DNA from: a virus
Taxonomy: Duplodnaviria; Caudoviricetes
Direction: 5' to 3' (one strand)
DNA: 55,982 nucleotides
Virus record (IMG/VR): IMGVR_UViG_3300046467_002171
Span: 1 to 55,982 of that record
Shown piece by piece: positions 28,310 through 38,018 of this stretch; the stretch's first letter is position 1, and every line of letters begins with the position of its first letter. The notes under the pieces are model-generated. The model had not been told where the DNA came from and made no database searches. It saw nothing but the letters and a program-made list of their open reading frames with translations. The position numbers and the translations under genes were made by a program.

Positions 28310-29352
28310 TGCCTGAATCTACCGTCTCTACACAATTTATCCGAGAAGACCCGGCTATTGAAGCCTATCGTCTGGGTCTTTTAGCGGACGTACAAGGCTT
28401 TATAAAACAACAGATAGAAGAAGGCGTACTGCCCCCGGATTATCAGGTTGCGGGTTTATCCGGTTTAGAACAAGCCGGTGCGCGCGTCGCAGAAGAAGGT
28501 ATTGGGGGTTACGAGCAATATATTTCAGGCGGCCTTCGTGGCATACAGGCCGGGCAAGCCGCCGTTTCGGGTGCGGCGATGCCCATGATGGGCACTGGTT
28601 TTGACGCCTATAAACAAGGCTTGGCCGGAATTCCGACAACCGCAGAGCAATTTGATCCGACTATGGCTCAGGCCTATATGGATCCCTATGAAGATCAGGT
28701 TGTACAGCAAGCCTTAAAAGACTTACAACGACAAAGCGATATTGCTCAAGTAGGCGATCAGGCGCGAGCCGTGGGCGCAGGCGCTTTTGGTGGTTCCCGA
28801 GAAGGTATTGTAAGAGCCGAAAATATAAGAAACCTTCAGGAAGCACAGATTCGTTCTTCAGGACAATTGAGATCTGCGGGTTATCAACAGTCTCTTCAAA
28901 ACGCCCAACAAGCGTTTGAAGCCGCGCAACAACGACAATTGGCGGGCGTGGGTCTTACCGGTCAGTTAGCCCAAGGTATTGGTCAATTAGGCTTACAAAC
29001 CGGTCAGTTGGGGGGCCAGTTGGGTACGTTAGGGCTACAAGAGGCCGGTTTGGGAGAATTAAGCACTAATCTGGGGATAGCTCAATCCAGAAATCTTATG
29101 GACATAGGTGGTGTACAACGGGCACAGCAACAAGCGGAATTGGACGCACTGCGTCAAACCAATCTTGCTCGACAAGCGCAGCCCTATCAGCAGTATGCTT
29201 TCCTGTCGGACATTTATAAAGGAACGCCGTCAGGACAGCAGGTCATTACGTCTTCTGCGGCGGCACAACCCTCATCCTTTCAAACGGCGGCGGGTTTTGG
29301 TATTGCGGGGCTGGCTACGGCAGCAGGCGCTAAAAACGCGGGGTTATTCTAA
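28309..29352 (+). CDS. Putative DNA ejection/pilot protein
   Basis: Q/G/A-rich; AYMDPY..QVV, AGAFGGSREG; hydrophobic C-terminus. Confidence 0.6.
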   Translation: MPESTVSTQFIREDPAIEAYRLGLLADVQGFIKQQIEEGVLPPDYQVAGLSGLEQAGARVAEEGIGGYEQYISGGLRGIQAGQAAVSGAAMPMMGTGFDAYKQGLAGIPTTAEQFDPTMAQAYMDPYEDQVVQQALKDLQRQSDIAQVGDQARAVGAGAFGGSREGIVRAENIRNLQEAQIRSSGQLRSAGYQQSLQNAQQAFEAAQQRQLAGVGLTGQLAQGIGQLGLQTGQLGGQLGTLGLQEAGLGELSTNLGIAQSRNLMDIGGVQRAQQQAELDALRQTNLARQAQPYQQYAFLSDIYKGTPSGQQVITSSAAAQPSSFQTAAGFGIAGLATAAGAKNAGLF

Positions 29353-32300
29353 TGGCGGGTGTTTTATCTAGACCTTTATTTCGTCAGCACTACCAGGCAG
29401 GCGGTGGGGTTTCGGACCTCTTGGAACGCGGAAGAGGTATGGGTGGAGCCGCTCTAGAACGCGGAAGAGGTATGGGTGGAGCCGCTGTTGAATATCTAAT
29501 GAAGCAAGGCCTTTCTCTTGAAGAGGCGGTAGAACAACTAAAAAATAACCCCCGTTTAATAGAAGCCCTAGAACGCGGAGAAGGCATTGCAGGCGAAGCC
29601 CTAGAACGTGGAAGGGCCGCTATAGACGATCCACGTGTGAGAGCAACCTTTGAACGTGGGAAGGGTATGGCAGGCGAAGCCCTAGAACGTGGAAGAGGAC
29701 TTATGGAACGCCTACACGGAGTACCCCCCGGCGGCTTTGGTGCAGGTTCGGTTAATGTACCCCCCGGCGGCTTTGGTGCAGGCCCAGTTAATGTACCCCC
29801 CGGCGGTTTCGGGGGGACTAATTTACCTGTACCCGTACAGCGGTCTGGTTTGCCCGTACAGCGGTCTGGTTTGCCCGTACCCACAAGTAGTGATGTAGGG
29901 CTTCCTCGATCCTTTGATACGGATCATATAGATAGCTTCCGAAATAAAGCAGGACGTTTGGCAAAAGGTCTCGGACGTTTGGCCATGAACCCTTATGTAG
30001 CTGCGGCTTCAATAGGGATCCCTTTAGCTTACGACGCTTTAACAGATTCTCCAGGAGAATTGTTGGATCAACTAGACACACAAACACGCGCCTATGTTGA
30101 ATATTTAATGGAACAAGGCGTTTCCATTGAAGAAGCGCTGAAAATAGCTAGTCCCTCCGAAGAGGCTCCTTTAGAAAGACAAGCCGGTGGCCCCGTCATG
30201 TCACCACAGGCGAGGATGCCGCCACCACAGGGAATGCCGCCACAGGCGATGATGCCGCCCCCTCAAGCCACACCTGCGGGCATGGATGCGTTAATGAGGG
30301 AAGCCCCGCAAATGTTAAACCAAGCCGAAGGGGCCGTAGCTACACGAATGGAAGAGGTGGGCCGTGAGTACGTCAACAACACGTTATCTGCGGTAGACAT
30401 GGCTGAAGATCCCGAAGGGTTAATAAACGCTATTCGTGGAACAGACGTACCCCTTGAGCAACGGTATGACGAACTAGCCCAAATCGTGGGCGAACAGGAT
30501 GCAGAGGCCACGCCGCCTTCTGTTTTAGCCTTGGTACAGCCTGCGATTATGATGACGGAGCAGGGTGCCGTGGACAGTGGTATAGGCAACCTGATGCAGG
30601 AATTATCGAGTAGTGCTGAAATGCTGACGGGAGAGGGCGAAGCCACTCCGATGGGAGAGGGCGTCGGCAATTTGATGATGGCTGGTGCACAACCGGCAAT
30701 GGAAGCGCTCCCCCCTGAAGCCATGATGGGTCCCCCGCCCGGAGCGATGATGCCACCACAAGCGATGATGCCACCACCGCCCGGAGGAATGGCCTACGGC
30801 GGCCCCGTACAGCGTTTTGCTTATGGCGGTATGGTTAATAGTGCGCAAGGATTAGCCCGTCTAGGACGGGGGCCAGATACCGAGTTGGTTCATATGTCTA
30901 AACGAGAAATCGGTGCTCTAGACGAGATGGCTAGACAAAGGGGGTTTGCTGGACTACCTCTTAATCCACAAACAGGGCTTCCTGAAGCCGGTCTATTTGA
31001 TCAGGATCCGGGTATTCTTGGCTCTGCGATCGACTTCGCTCGTAACCCTGTGGGGGCTTCGGTCGATCAGGCGAAAAATTTGTATACGGGCATTAGTAAT
31101 ATACTGGGTGATCCCAGTTTTCGGAAGGCTACAGGTGATTTTGACTATACTTATGGCGCAGACCGTCTAAATCCGAACTGGCGCAGCGCTGCGGAAGCAT
31201 TGACCCCTGATTTTATATCTTTACCGAATCTGCCCGCTCTACAACATGCCGAAATGAGCTCGTTTAACCCGACCTCCCAGTTAGATGCAAGCAGCCTTGT
31301 CCAGTTAGGCGATAGCGGCCCCTTGTCTGGTCTAAGCAAAAGTGCGATAGAGCGCTTAGCTCAGAGAAATATAAGGGGCCCAGTAGATGACTCTGTCTTT
31401 AACGTCCCAACCATAGCTCCGGCAACAGTTACGGACACAGAGGCAACAGTACTTAACCGTCCGGGCAGAATGCTCTATGAACCGGGACGGCAAGACTTTA
31501 AGGTCGATTATGACGATCCCGAGCGTTTTAAACAAAACTTTGACGCGCGGCTTAAACTTTACGAAGACGTTTTAGGCTCTGACAAGGACTTTACTAAATC
31601 CCAGATGCTGTTTGACATTGCCGGTGCGGGCTTAAACTTTGCCGGTGGGCGCGGTGCGGGTGGTGAAAATGTTGCCACACGATCTCCTGCGGCGCAGTTA
31701 GCAGCCGCTTTTTCGCAAGTGCCTAAAACTATGGGGGAACGTCTGGCGCTGCAAAGACAGGAAGAACGGGGTGTGAAAACCGCCGCCCTCGCGGCCACCG
31801 AAAAAGAAGAAACCGCCCGCCGAGAGGTCGTCGCGGACGAGCGTAAACTTAAACAGAGCCTGCTGCTTGAGGTGGAAAAAGGGAATTTCAATGCAAACAA
31901 TCTTGTGGATCTAACTGAGGGAAAGATGACGCATGAAAGAACTTTAGCGACGGCAGACCGCTTCTTGAGGGGAGAACTTGCAAGAATATCGAGCAGCACC
32001 GATTTAGCATCCGTTGGCATGCGCGGCAAGATTCAAGCTGCTCTGGGCGAGGTAGATCATCAATACGACATTATAAAACTAGCAGCAACGCTAGACACTC
32101 AGATTAAGAACAAGATGCTAGACGGCAATGTAGCGATTAGCCTGTCTAATACACGACTGCAAACTGAGCAGGAACTAACCCGGTTTAGACAAACTAGCCA
32201 AGACATAAGGTCTGAAAGAGAACTACGCCTTAGAGAAAATCTTGGTGCGGCCGGTCTTAGACAAACCTACGACGCGCTAAACCTACAACGCGCTAGTAGA

Positions 32301-33095
32301 ATAGATGTATTCAATTTAGGCCTAGAAGGCGAGATAACCACGAGAGAGCGGGAACGGTTAGCTGCCAAAATACAGAGCAACCGGGATTACTCGCAAGCCT
32401 CTCAATTTGAAGAGTTGCAGGCTTTCAAAGAGAAGCTTTCGGACAGAGAGCAACGGATGTTTGAGCAAAAACTTGCGACGAACTTCTTGATGGCGACCAC
32501 GGGCCAACTTACCAGAGAGGATTTGCTGCGAGAGTCCGCGTACGATAGACAACTCCAAAGCGCAATGGGCATAGACAACTGGAACAAGTTCAGTTACCAA
32601 CTCGATGAAAACATACGACAATTTGACATAGCGAACGGGCTAGAGGCCGATTCAATATATGGCACAATGGCGCTTAAAAAGAGGGTCTTAGATCGGGAGG
32701 CCCTTGAATATCTTCAACGCAGCACACCGGGTGTTTTTGACGACATTCCGGGCGGCACTCAAGCAGAAAGAGATCGAAATATTTTTGCAATGAGGCCCCT
32801 ATGGAAGCGTTATGCGGAAGGAACGTTAGCTCCTGCTCAGGAGGATTATTTATCCGCTCTTATAACAGGCTATCTGGATCCCACGCTAAACTCGCAAGGC
32901 CTCGAAACGCGCAAGGCCCTCCCACAAATGGCGCTTGCGGCTCTCCGAGAACGAGGGGAGCGGGGGCTAACCATGCCCATACAAAGTTCTACGGACATGG
33001 ATTTTGAAGGGGTGGATCCGAACTTTTTTAATTCACGAGACGCCGCGTTGGGCGCGTATGATAATAGGCTTTTAAATTTGATTCCGGAGAGCTAA
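29352..33095 (+). CDS. Large internal virion protein with GG motifs and tandem repeats
   Basis: YQAGG, RQAGG, MAYGG, FAYGG; GRGPDTELVH...NPQTGLPE; helical C-terminal half. Confidence 0.7.
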   Translation: MAGVLSRPLFRQHYQAGGGVSDLLERGRGMGGAALERGRGMGGAAVEYLMKQGLSLEEAVEQLKNNPRLIEALERGEGIAGEALERGRAAIDDPRVRATFERGKGMAGEALERGRGLMERLHGVPPGGFGAGSVNVPPGGFGAGPVNVPPGGFGGTNLPVPVQRSGLPVQRSGLPVPTSSDVGLPRSFDTDHIDSFRNKAGRLAKGLGRLAMNPYVAAASIGIPLAYDALTDSPGELLDQLDTQTRAYVEYLMEQGVSIEEALKIASPSEEAPLERQAGGPVMSPQARMPPPQGMPPQAMMPPPQATPAGMDALMREAPQMLNQAEGAVATRMEEVGREYVNNTLSAVDMAEDPEGLINAIRGTDVPLEQRYDELAQIVGEQDAEATPPSVLALVQPAIMMTEQGAVDSGIGNLMQELSSSAEMLTGEGEATPMGEGVGNLMMAGAQPAMEALPPEAMMGPPPGAMMPPQAMMPPPPGGMAYGGPVQRFAYGGMVNSAQGLARLGRGPDTELVHMSKREIGALDEMARQRGFAGLPLNPQTGLPEAGLFDQDPGILGSAIDFARNPVGASVDQAKNLYTGISNILGDPSFRKATGDFDYTYGADRLNPNWRSAAEALTPDFISLPNLPALQHAEMSSFNPTSQLDASSLVQLGDSGPLSGLSKSAIERLAQRNIRGPVDDSVFNVPTIAPATVTDTEATVLNRPGRMLYEPGRQDFKVDYDDPERFKQNFDARLKLYEDVLGSDKDFTKSQMLFDIAGAGLNFAGGRGAGGENVATRSPAAQLAAAFSQVPKTMGERLALQRQEERGVKTAALAATEKEETARREVVADERKLKQSLLLEVEKGNFNANNLVDLTEGKMTHERTLATADRFLRGELARISSSTDLASVGMRGKIQAALGEVDHQYDIIKLAATLDTQIKNKMLDGNVAISLSNTRLQTEQELTRFRQTSQDIRSERELRLRENLGAAGLRQTYDALNLQRASRIDVFNLGLEGEITTRERERLAAKIQSNRDYSQASQFEELQAFKEKLSDREQRMFEQKLATNFLMATTGQLTREDLLRESAYDRQLQSAMGIDNWNKFSYQLDENIRQFDIANGLEADSIYGTMALKKRVLDREALEYLQRSTPGVFDDIPGGTQAERDRNIFAMRPLWKRYAEGTLAPAQEDYLSALITGYLDPTLNSQGLETRKALPQMALAALRERGERGLTMPIQSSTDMDFEGVDPNFFNSRDAALGAYDNRLLNLIPES
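29424..29880 (+). repeat. Cluster of in-frame tandem repeats (33, 36 and 21 bp units)
   Basis: ERGRGMGGAA x2 (29424, 29457); VPPGGFG x3 (29721, 29757, 29793); perfect 21-mer x2 (29832, 29853). Confidence 0.85.
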
Positions 33096-33107
33096 GGAGT
33101 ATTTAAC

Positions 33108-33794
33108 GTGCCAACAATAGCCGACTTTAAACAGCGTTATCCTCAGTTCGAGGATATGGCCCCTGAAACTCTGGCCCGTGAACTTCATACACGTTTTTAT
33201 TCTGAGCGACCTTATGAAGATTTTATGCAGGAAGTATTACCTGCCCGTGGGGAAGAAAGCCAAGTTGATTTATTAGGTGTCTCTGAAGGTTTAGATCTGA
33301 CGGCAGGCACTGGTGTCTCTGCAAAAGCAAACTTCTATATTAACCAAGCCTCGGATTTAGCTAATGAGGTATTTGGTACAGACATTCCAGCAATGTCTCA
33401 ATCCGCCGAAGAGCTTATACCGGCTTTAGATGCGCTAAGCACTATCGCCACTACTGAAATGATGAAGACCATTTCAGGAAAGGAAAATTTACAACTCCAA
33501 TTAAGGTTGCAGAAACTGCAAGTGCCTTCAAAAAGTTTTATCTATAACGACCGACGATCTTTGAATCAGTTTAAAACCGCCTCCCGCACTATGGATTTTG
33601 CAGGAAAACTTTTACTTGAAAAGCTAGAATCGGGGGACTTAGATCGCAAACAAATTATAAAAACTAAACGCGACTTATCCTCGGCGCGGTCACTTCAAAG
33701 AGAATACGATAAGTTGACGAACGCTTATGAGCGAAAAATGGGTATAGGCATGGAAGAGGAAGATGAAGATTTAGATCGATTCTTCACGTTTTAA
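33108..33794 (+). CDS. Internal virion protein
   Basis: AAGGAG RBS, GTG start; FKQRYPQFEDM...LH..FY N-terminal motif. Confidence 0.7.
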   Translation: MPTIADFKQRYPQFEDMAPETLARELHTRFYSERPYEDFMQEVLPARGEESQVDLLGVSEGLDLTAGTGVSAKANFYINQASDLANEVFGTDIPAMSQSAEELIPALDALSTIATTEMMKTISGKENLQLQLRLQKLQVPSKSFIYNDRRSLNQFKTASRTMDFAGKLLLEKLESGDLDRKQIIKTKRDLSSARSLQREYDKLTNAYERKMGIGMEEEDEDLDRFFTF

Positions 33795-33800
33795 GTAATC

Positions 33801-36800
33801 ATGGCTGATTTCACAGACCTTTTAGACCCTTCTGGCATTCTGGATGAAGATACTTTATCGAGTATTGGAAACACAGCGGAAACGGCTCGTCCCATTTTAG
33901 GAGTTTCTCCAACGGGTTCCAGATTTATAGAAAATTTTGATACCCGTGGGGCTTATGCGGCCCTACGAGAAAAGGGGGATGAGGATTTAGAGGCCAAGCG
34001 AAAAATAGCTGAACGACTGGCTCAAGAAACCCGTTTTAGTATAGAAGCCGCCACACGAGCGGGCTATTCTTACGACGAAATCATAAGTAAATTAACCGGC
34101 GTAGACCGTGAAGAATACGGGGGCGGCTATGGGGCTGCGGCCCGTGGTTTCGGGAGAGAGATTGCTCCCACACTTGCTTTGGGAGCGGGTGGCGTATATG
34201 GAGGACGCGGCGCAGGAAAAGTGATGCGTGGCGCAGCGGGTGCGGCATCGGCGGCAGGTCAAAAGCTAAGAGAAACCGCACGGGATCCTTCCCCACCACG
34301 TCAGGTCGATCCAAGGGTACGTGCCACAGGCGGACAAAAGCCTAATTTAGCCGCACGTATTCTAAATCTCACGCCAAAAGTAGCAAAAGCTGCGGCAGCC
34401 GCAAGATTAGGGCCTATTTCAAAGGGCCTTGGTTATTTAACGGGGGTATTTGGCGGTGCCATTGGTGCGGAAGTCGCTGCCAGAAAAGGGGTAGACGAGG
34501 TTTTTGGCGAACCTCGCCCGTTGGAACTTGCCGATTACCCACGCTATGAAGCGGGTAGAACGGCGGGCATGTTTATTGGGTCTATTCCCGCTACATTTAG
34601 TATAGCGAACGTGCTAAAAGACATTCCAAATTTGGCTCCCGCAGCAATTGGTACAAACGTAGCGCGGATGGGGGCTAAAGAAGGTGGCGACCCTTCAGGT
34701 TTTGTAAGAAAAATGTTCGACTGGGGTCGTCAACAGGCCGGGGAGAAAGCGGCTAGGGCCCGTGCGAGAGCGGCTGGGGGGACAAGGGCCGCGCAGGAAG
34801 CCTTGGAGGGCGGCGCAGGGGCATTAAAAAAGGTTGGGCAAGCCATCGTTGAACACCCCAAGAGCGTAATTGCAGGTGAAGCTGCGTTAGGCCTTGCGTG
34901 GACGCCTTTCGGGGCAATGGTTGCAGAAGAACTCTATCCGGCTCAAGCCGGGGCTAAATTAGGCGCTGAAATCACCGCTTCTGTCGTTTATCCCGGCTCC
35001 ATGCTTTCCCTTGTCAAAATTCCTTTTCGCAAAGCCAGCGCTGCCTTTGGGAAAGGTGCCCGAGAGCAACAGGCTGCGGATTACATGGTCAACCTATTTG
35101 ATGAATTACAAAAAAGGGGTGTCGAGGAAACTCCAGAAGAGTTTTTAGCCACGCTTAGAGCCGCGAAGTTTGAAGACGTTTCAGGGAACGTGGTTGAAGT
35201 TACACCGTCGCAATTAACGGGAAGCACGACGTATTCCATATTAGAAAAGTTCTTGTCAGACGTAAGCCCCGCTTATTCTGCGGTTAATAAAAAGTCGGCT
35301 AGAGACGGCCATGCTGCACTAACCGGACTTATAACGGCGCTTTATTCTCACTCAGACCCCAATCTCGTCAACATGGCGGCGAAGCTAGAAGAAAAAATGC
35401 TTCAGGACACCTTTACAAAATGGTTCGACGTGAGGCTGGATAAGGCGGTTGCTACAACAGAAGCGTTTGCGAAACGTACCGATGCTACACCAGCGACCAT
35501 ACAAAGAGAGGTCAATAATCAAGTTCACGAAAGTATGAAAAGCGCATTAACAGACGCGCGAGTTGTAGAAAAGCGTCTTTATCAAGACGTTGATAAAACA
35601 ATGGAGGTGTCTGTAGATAATATTGCAAAACGGTGGAATGACGAATACGCCAAGCTGTTTAAACCAGGCGTAACGCGTAAAGAATTAGAGAGAGCGGGAA
35701 TACCCGCTTTTCTCAAAGAACTGGAAAACCCAGATAGTCAATTGTGGGGGCAATTAACGGAGCAGTTACAAAACAGCCAAAAGCTGTCCGATGATTTAAA
35801 CAAAGCGGTAGAAAAATCCGCAGGGCAATCAGCGTCACTAGCTTTAAATAAGTATCTTCGCAGCAGGGCTATGGGTACGGGTTTAACCCCAGATCAAAAA
35901 CTGGTCGCAGCGGAACGTGCCTTTCGAAACACGCCTGAAAGAGGAGGGGCCCCCGGCACATATGAAACTATTGAGGGTGTGGCAAAAGATTTGACGCCCA
36001 AACAACGAAAAAACGCCGCAGACTTGGCAAAAAAAATGCAGGATATTCGGAAGACAGATGCCGAAATAAACGGGCTAACCGCCGAAATTACAAAAATCAG
36101 TAATCCGGATGGTACCGCCCCGGAACATTTTAAACGTGTCACGTTACGAGAGCTTATGGGTTTTAGATCGGAAATGCTAAACAGCATAAGAAGTACGCAA
36201 GCCGGGGAAGTGGTTAATTATAACGCCCGTCGAATTTATGGCGAACTAGCGGACGCGGCGCTGGATGATATGGGAGCCAACATTAACAAAAACCCCATTT
36301 CTGGAGAAGTAATTGATGAAGCTCAGGAGGTCAGTCCTAACGTAAAAAAATTGATAAAAGCCTACACGTTTTCCAGAGCACTTAACGACAGCTTTTCAAG
36401 GGGCTTTGGTGGGACTCTGGGGCACGTAAAGGGAACGGGACAATATAAAGTACAGCCAGAATTAGCATTAGAGGAATTGTTCAAAGGGAGCAGTAATGCG
36501 GTCTCTATAAAATATACCGAACTTCAAGAGGCCCTATCCCTGTTAGAAACAGCCTCCAAAGGTATTAACGAAACCGCAGAAGGGCTTTTTGTTCCAAATA
36601 TAGTATCGCTCATTGAAGACGAAGGTCTAAGAAAAGCAGGCGTCAATGACGCGCTGGATATGTTCCTGCGACAAGCCTTTCGAGATGAGGCTGTTGTCAG
36701 GACCCCTGTATATAACCCCGCGACGGGGGAAACTATTGATCGTGCGATCGTAGACGAAAAAAAATGGGGAAAGTTTTTAAAGGACCACGAAGAGATTCTT

Positions 36801-38018
36801 TCCTTAGACATTCTAAGTACGTTACGGAAGGATTTAACGGACCTTCCCCAACGAGATCAATTGGTATCGGCTTATTACAACAACCACCCTGACTTTCCAG
36901 ACAGTGTAGATTTTGCACTTAAAGGTCCGGGGGAAACCCCTACGTCCGTAGGCGATTTTTGGGCGAACATGCAAAAAGAAGCTGTCTGGGCAAAACTTTT
37001 AGGGAACGAAAACCCTACCAAAGTGGTGGCAAACATATTTCGGAAGGACAACAAAAACTTTTCTCCTCAGTATAAAGAACTGGTTCGCTTGGCAAAGGGA
37101 CACCCTAATACAGAGGCTCGTGAGGCTTTCAGGGACTCGATTATTAAATACGCCTTTGAAGAGGCGCGTACCCCCGACGGTTATAGCCTTAAAAAGATAC
37201 ACAAGGTTTTATTTGAGCCCGAGTATAACGGGCATAAAATGCCCCCGCTTCTTGAGGCTCTGGCCGATGATGAAATCGTAGGTACGACGTTTAACCAAAA
37301 ACTAGACGATATAATCACTCAAATGGCTAAGCTGGAACGTCTAGCCGATCAGGGCGAAGATGTATCCAAAATATTGGAAAACGACTCCCCGCTCTTTGTC
37401 TTTGCGGCACGAGTAATTGGTGCCGCAGCGGGTCGTACGGCTGCTGCGAAAACAGGGATGGGCGGAACAGTTCAAATACCGGGCGCAGCCGCAACTTTCG
37501 CAAAAGCCTATCTTAATGACATGCCCTCGGTTCTGATTCAGGACATTCTTATCAAGGCCTCTACGCCGGGAAAAGACGGGGCGAAACTGTTAGAAGCGCT
37601 TCTTAAAAAAGGGCGTACCGAACAGGAAAAAACTGCTGCTGCTGAAACCATAGGTAGTGCTATAGCTTTCAGCCTTGGGGCCCCTGTTTCCGCTATTACG
37701 CGACGGCCCGTTCTAGGTTATGAAGTATTCAGAGCTGAGGATGTTGAACAGCCTTTTCCAGAAGACGCCCCAACCCCACAGTCTCGTGGGCCTCTAGCAC
37801 CGGTCCGAGAATATATTCCACGTGTGGGACGTGCATTAATCCCCGGACGAGCCCCAGCGGCCTCTGCTCCTGCTCCGACACCACCGCCCACGGCTCCCGC
37901 TCCACAGCCCACGGCCCAAGGTACCACGCAGGAGAACCGGCAGCGCTTTGCTCAGATGTTCCCCGGAGACATTACTTCAGGCTTGATCAACCAAGGGATC
38001 GGTTCGTACCGTCCTTAA
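33801..38018 (+). CDS. Large internal virion/ejection protein
   Basis: 1405 aa, last gene of the late operon, helical and A/G-rich; stop overlaps the convergent helicase stop. Confidence 0.7.
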   Translation: MADFTDLLDPSGILDEDTLSSIGNTAETARPILGVSPTGSRFIENFDTRGAYAALREKGDEDLEAKRKIAERLAQETRFSIEAATRAGYSYDEIISKLTGVDREEYGGGYGAAARGFGREIAPTLALGAGGVYGGRGAGKVMRGAAGAASAAGQKLRETARDPSPPRQVDPRVRATGGQKPNLAARILNLTPKVAKAAAAARLGPISKGLGYLTGVFGGAIGAEVAARKGVDEVFGEPRPLELADYPRYEAGRTAGMFIGSIPATFSIANVLKDIPNLAPAAIGTNVARMGAKEGGDPSGFVRKMFDWGRQQAGEKAARARARAAGGTRAAQEALEGGAGALKKVGQAIVEHPKSVIAGEAALGLAWTPFGAMVAEELYPAQAGAKLGAEITASVVYPGSMLSLVKIPFRKASAAFGKGAREQQAADYMVNLFDELQKRGVEETPEEFLATLRAAKFEDVSGNVVEVTPSQLTGSTTYSILEKFLSDVSPAYSAVNKKSARDGHAALTGLITALYSHSDPNLVNMAAKLEEKMLQDTFTKWFDVRLDKAVATTEAFAKRTDATPATIQREVNNQVHESMKSALTDARVVEKRLYQDVDKTMEVSVDNIAKRWNDEYAKLFKPGVTRKELERAGIPAFLKELENPDSQLWGQLTEQLQNSQKLSDDLNKAVEKSAGQSASLALNKYLRSRAMGTGLTPDQKLVAAERAFRNTPERGGAPGTYETIEGVAKDLTPKQRKNAADLAKKMQDIRKTDAEINGLTAEITKISNPDGTAPEHFKRVTLRELMGFRSEMLNSIRSTQAGEVVNYNARRIYGELADAALDDMGANINKNPISGEVIDEAQEVSPNVKKLIKAYTFSRALNDSFSRGFGGTLGHVKGTGQYKVQPELALEELFKGSSNAVSIKYTELQEALSLLETASKGINETAEGLFVPNIVSLIEDEGLRKAGVNDALDMFLRQAFRDEAVVRTPVYNPATGETIDRAIVDEKKWGKFLKDHEEILSLDILSTLRKDLTDLPQRDQLVSAYYNNHPDFPDSVDFALKGPGETPTSVGDFWANMQKEAVWAKLLGNENPTKVVANIFRKDNKNFSPQYKELVRLAKGHPNTEAREAFRDSIIKYAFEEARTPDGYSLKKIHKVLFEPEYNGHKMPPLLEALADDEIVGTTFNQKLDDIITQMAKLERLADQGEDVSKILENDSPLFVFAARVIGAAAGRTAAAKTGMGGTVQIPGAAATFAKAYLNDMPSVLIQDILIKASTPGKDGAKLLEALLKKGRTEQEKTAAAETIGSAIAFSLGAPVSAITRRPVLGYEVFRAEDVEQPFPEDAPTPQSRGPLAPVREYIPRVGRALIPGRAPAASAPAPTPPPTAPAPQPTAQGTTQENRQRFAQMFPGDITSGLINQGIGSYRP

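Noticed and set aside
33095-33108. Frameshift or readthrough joining 29352..33095 to 33108..33794
   Set aside because: The downstream gene has its own AAGGAG RBS and a plausible N-terminus; no slippery site seen
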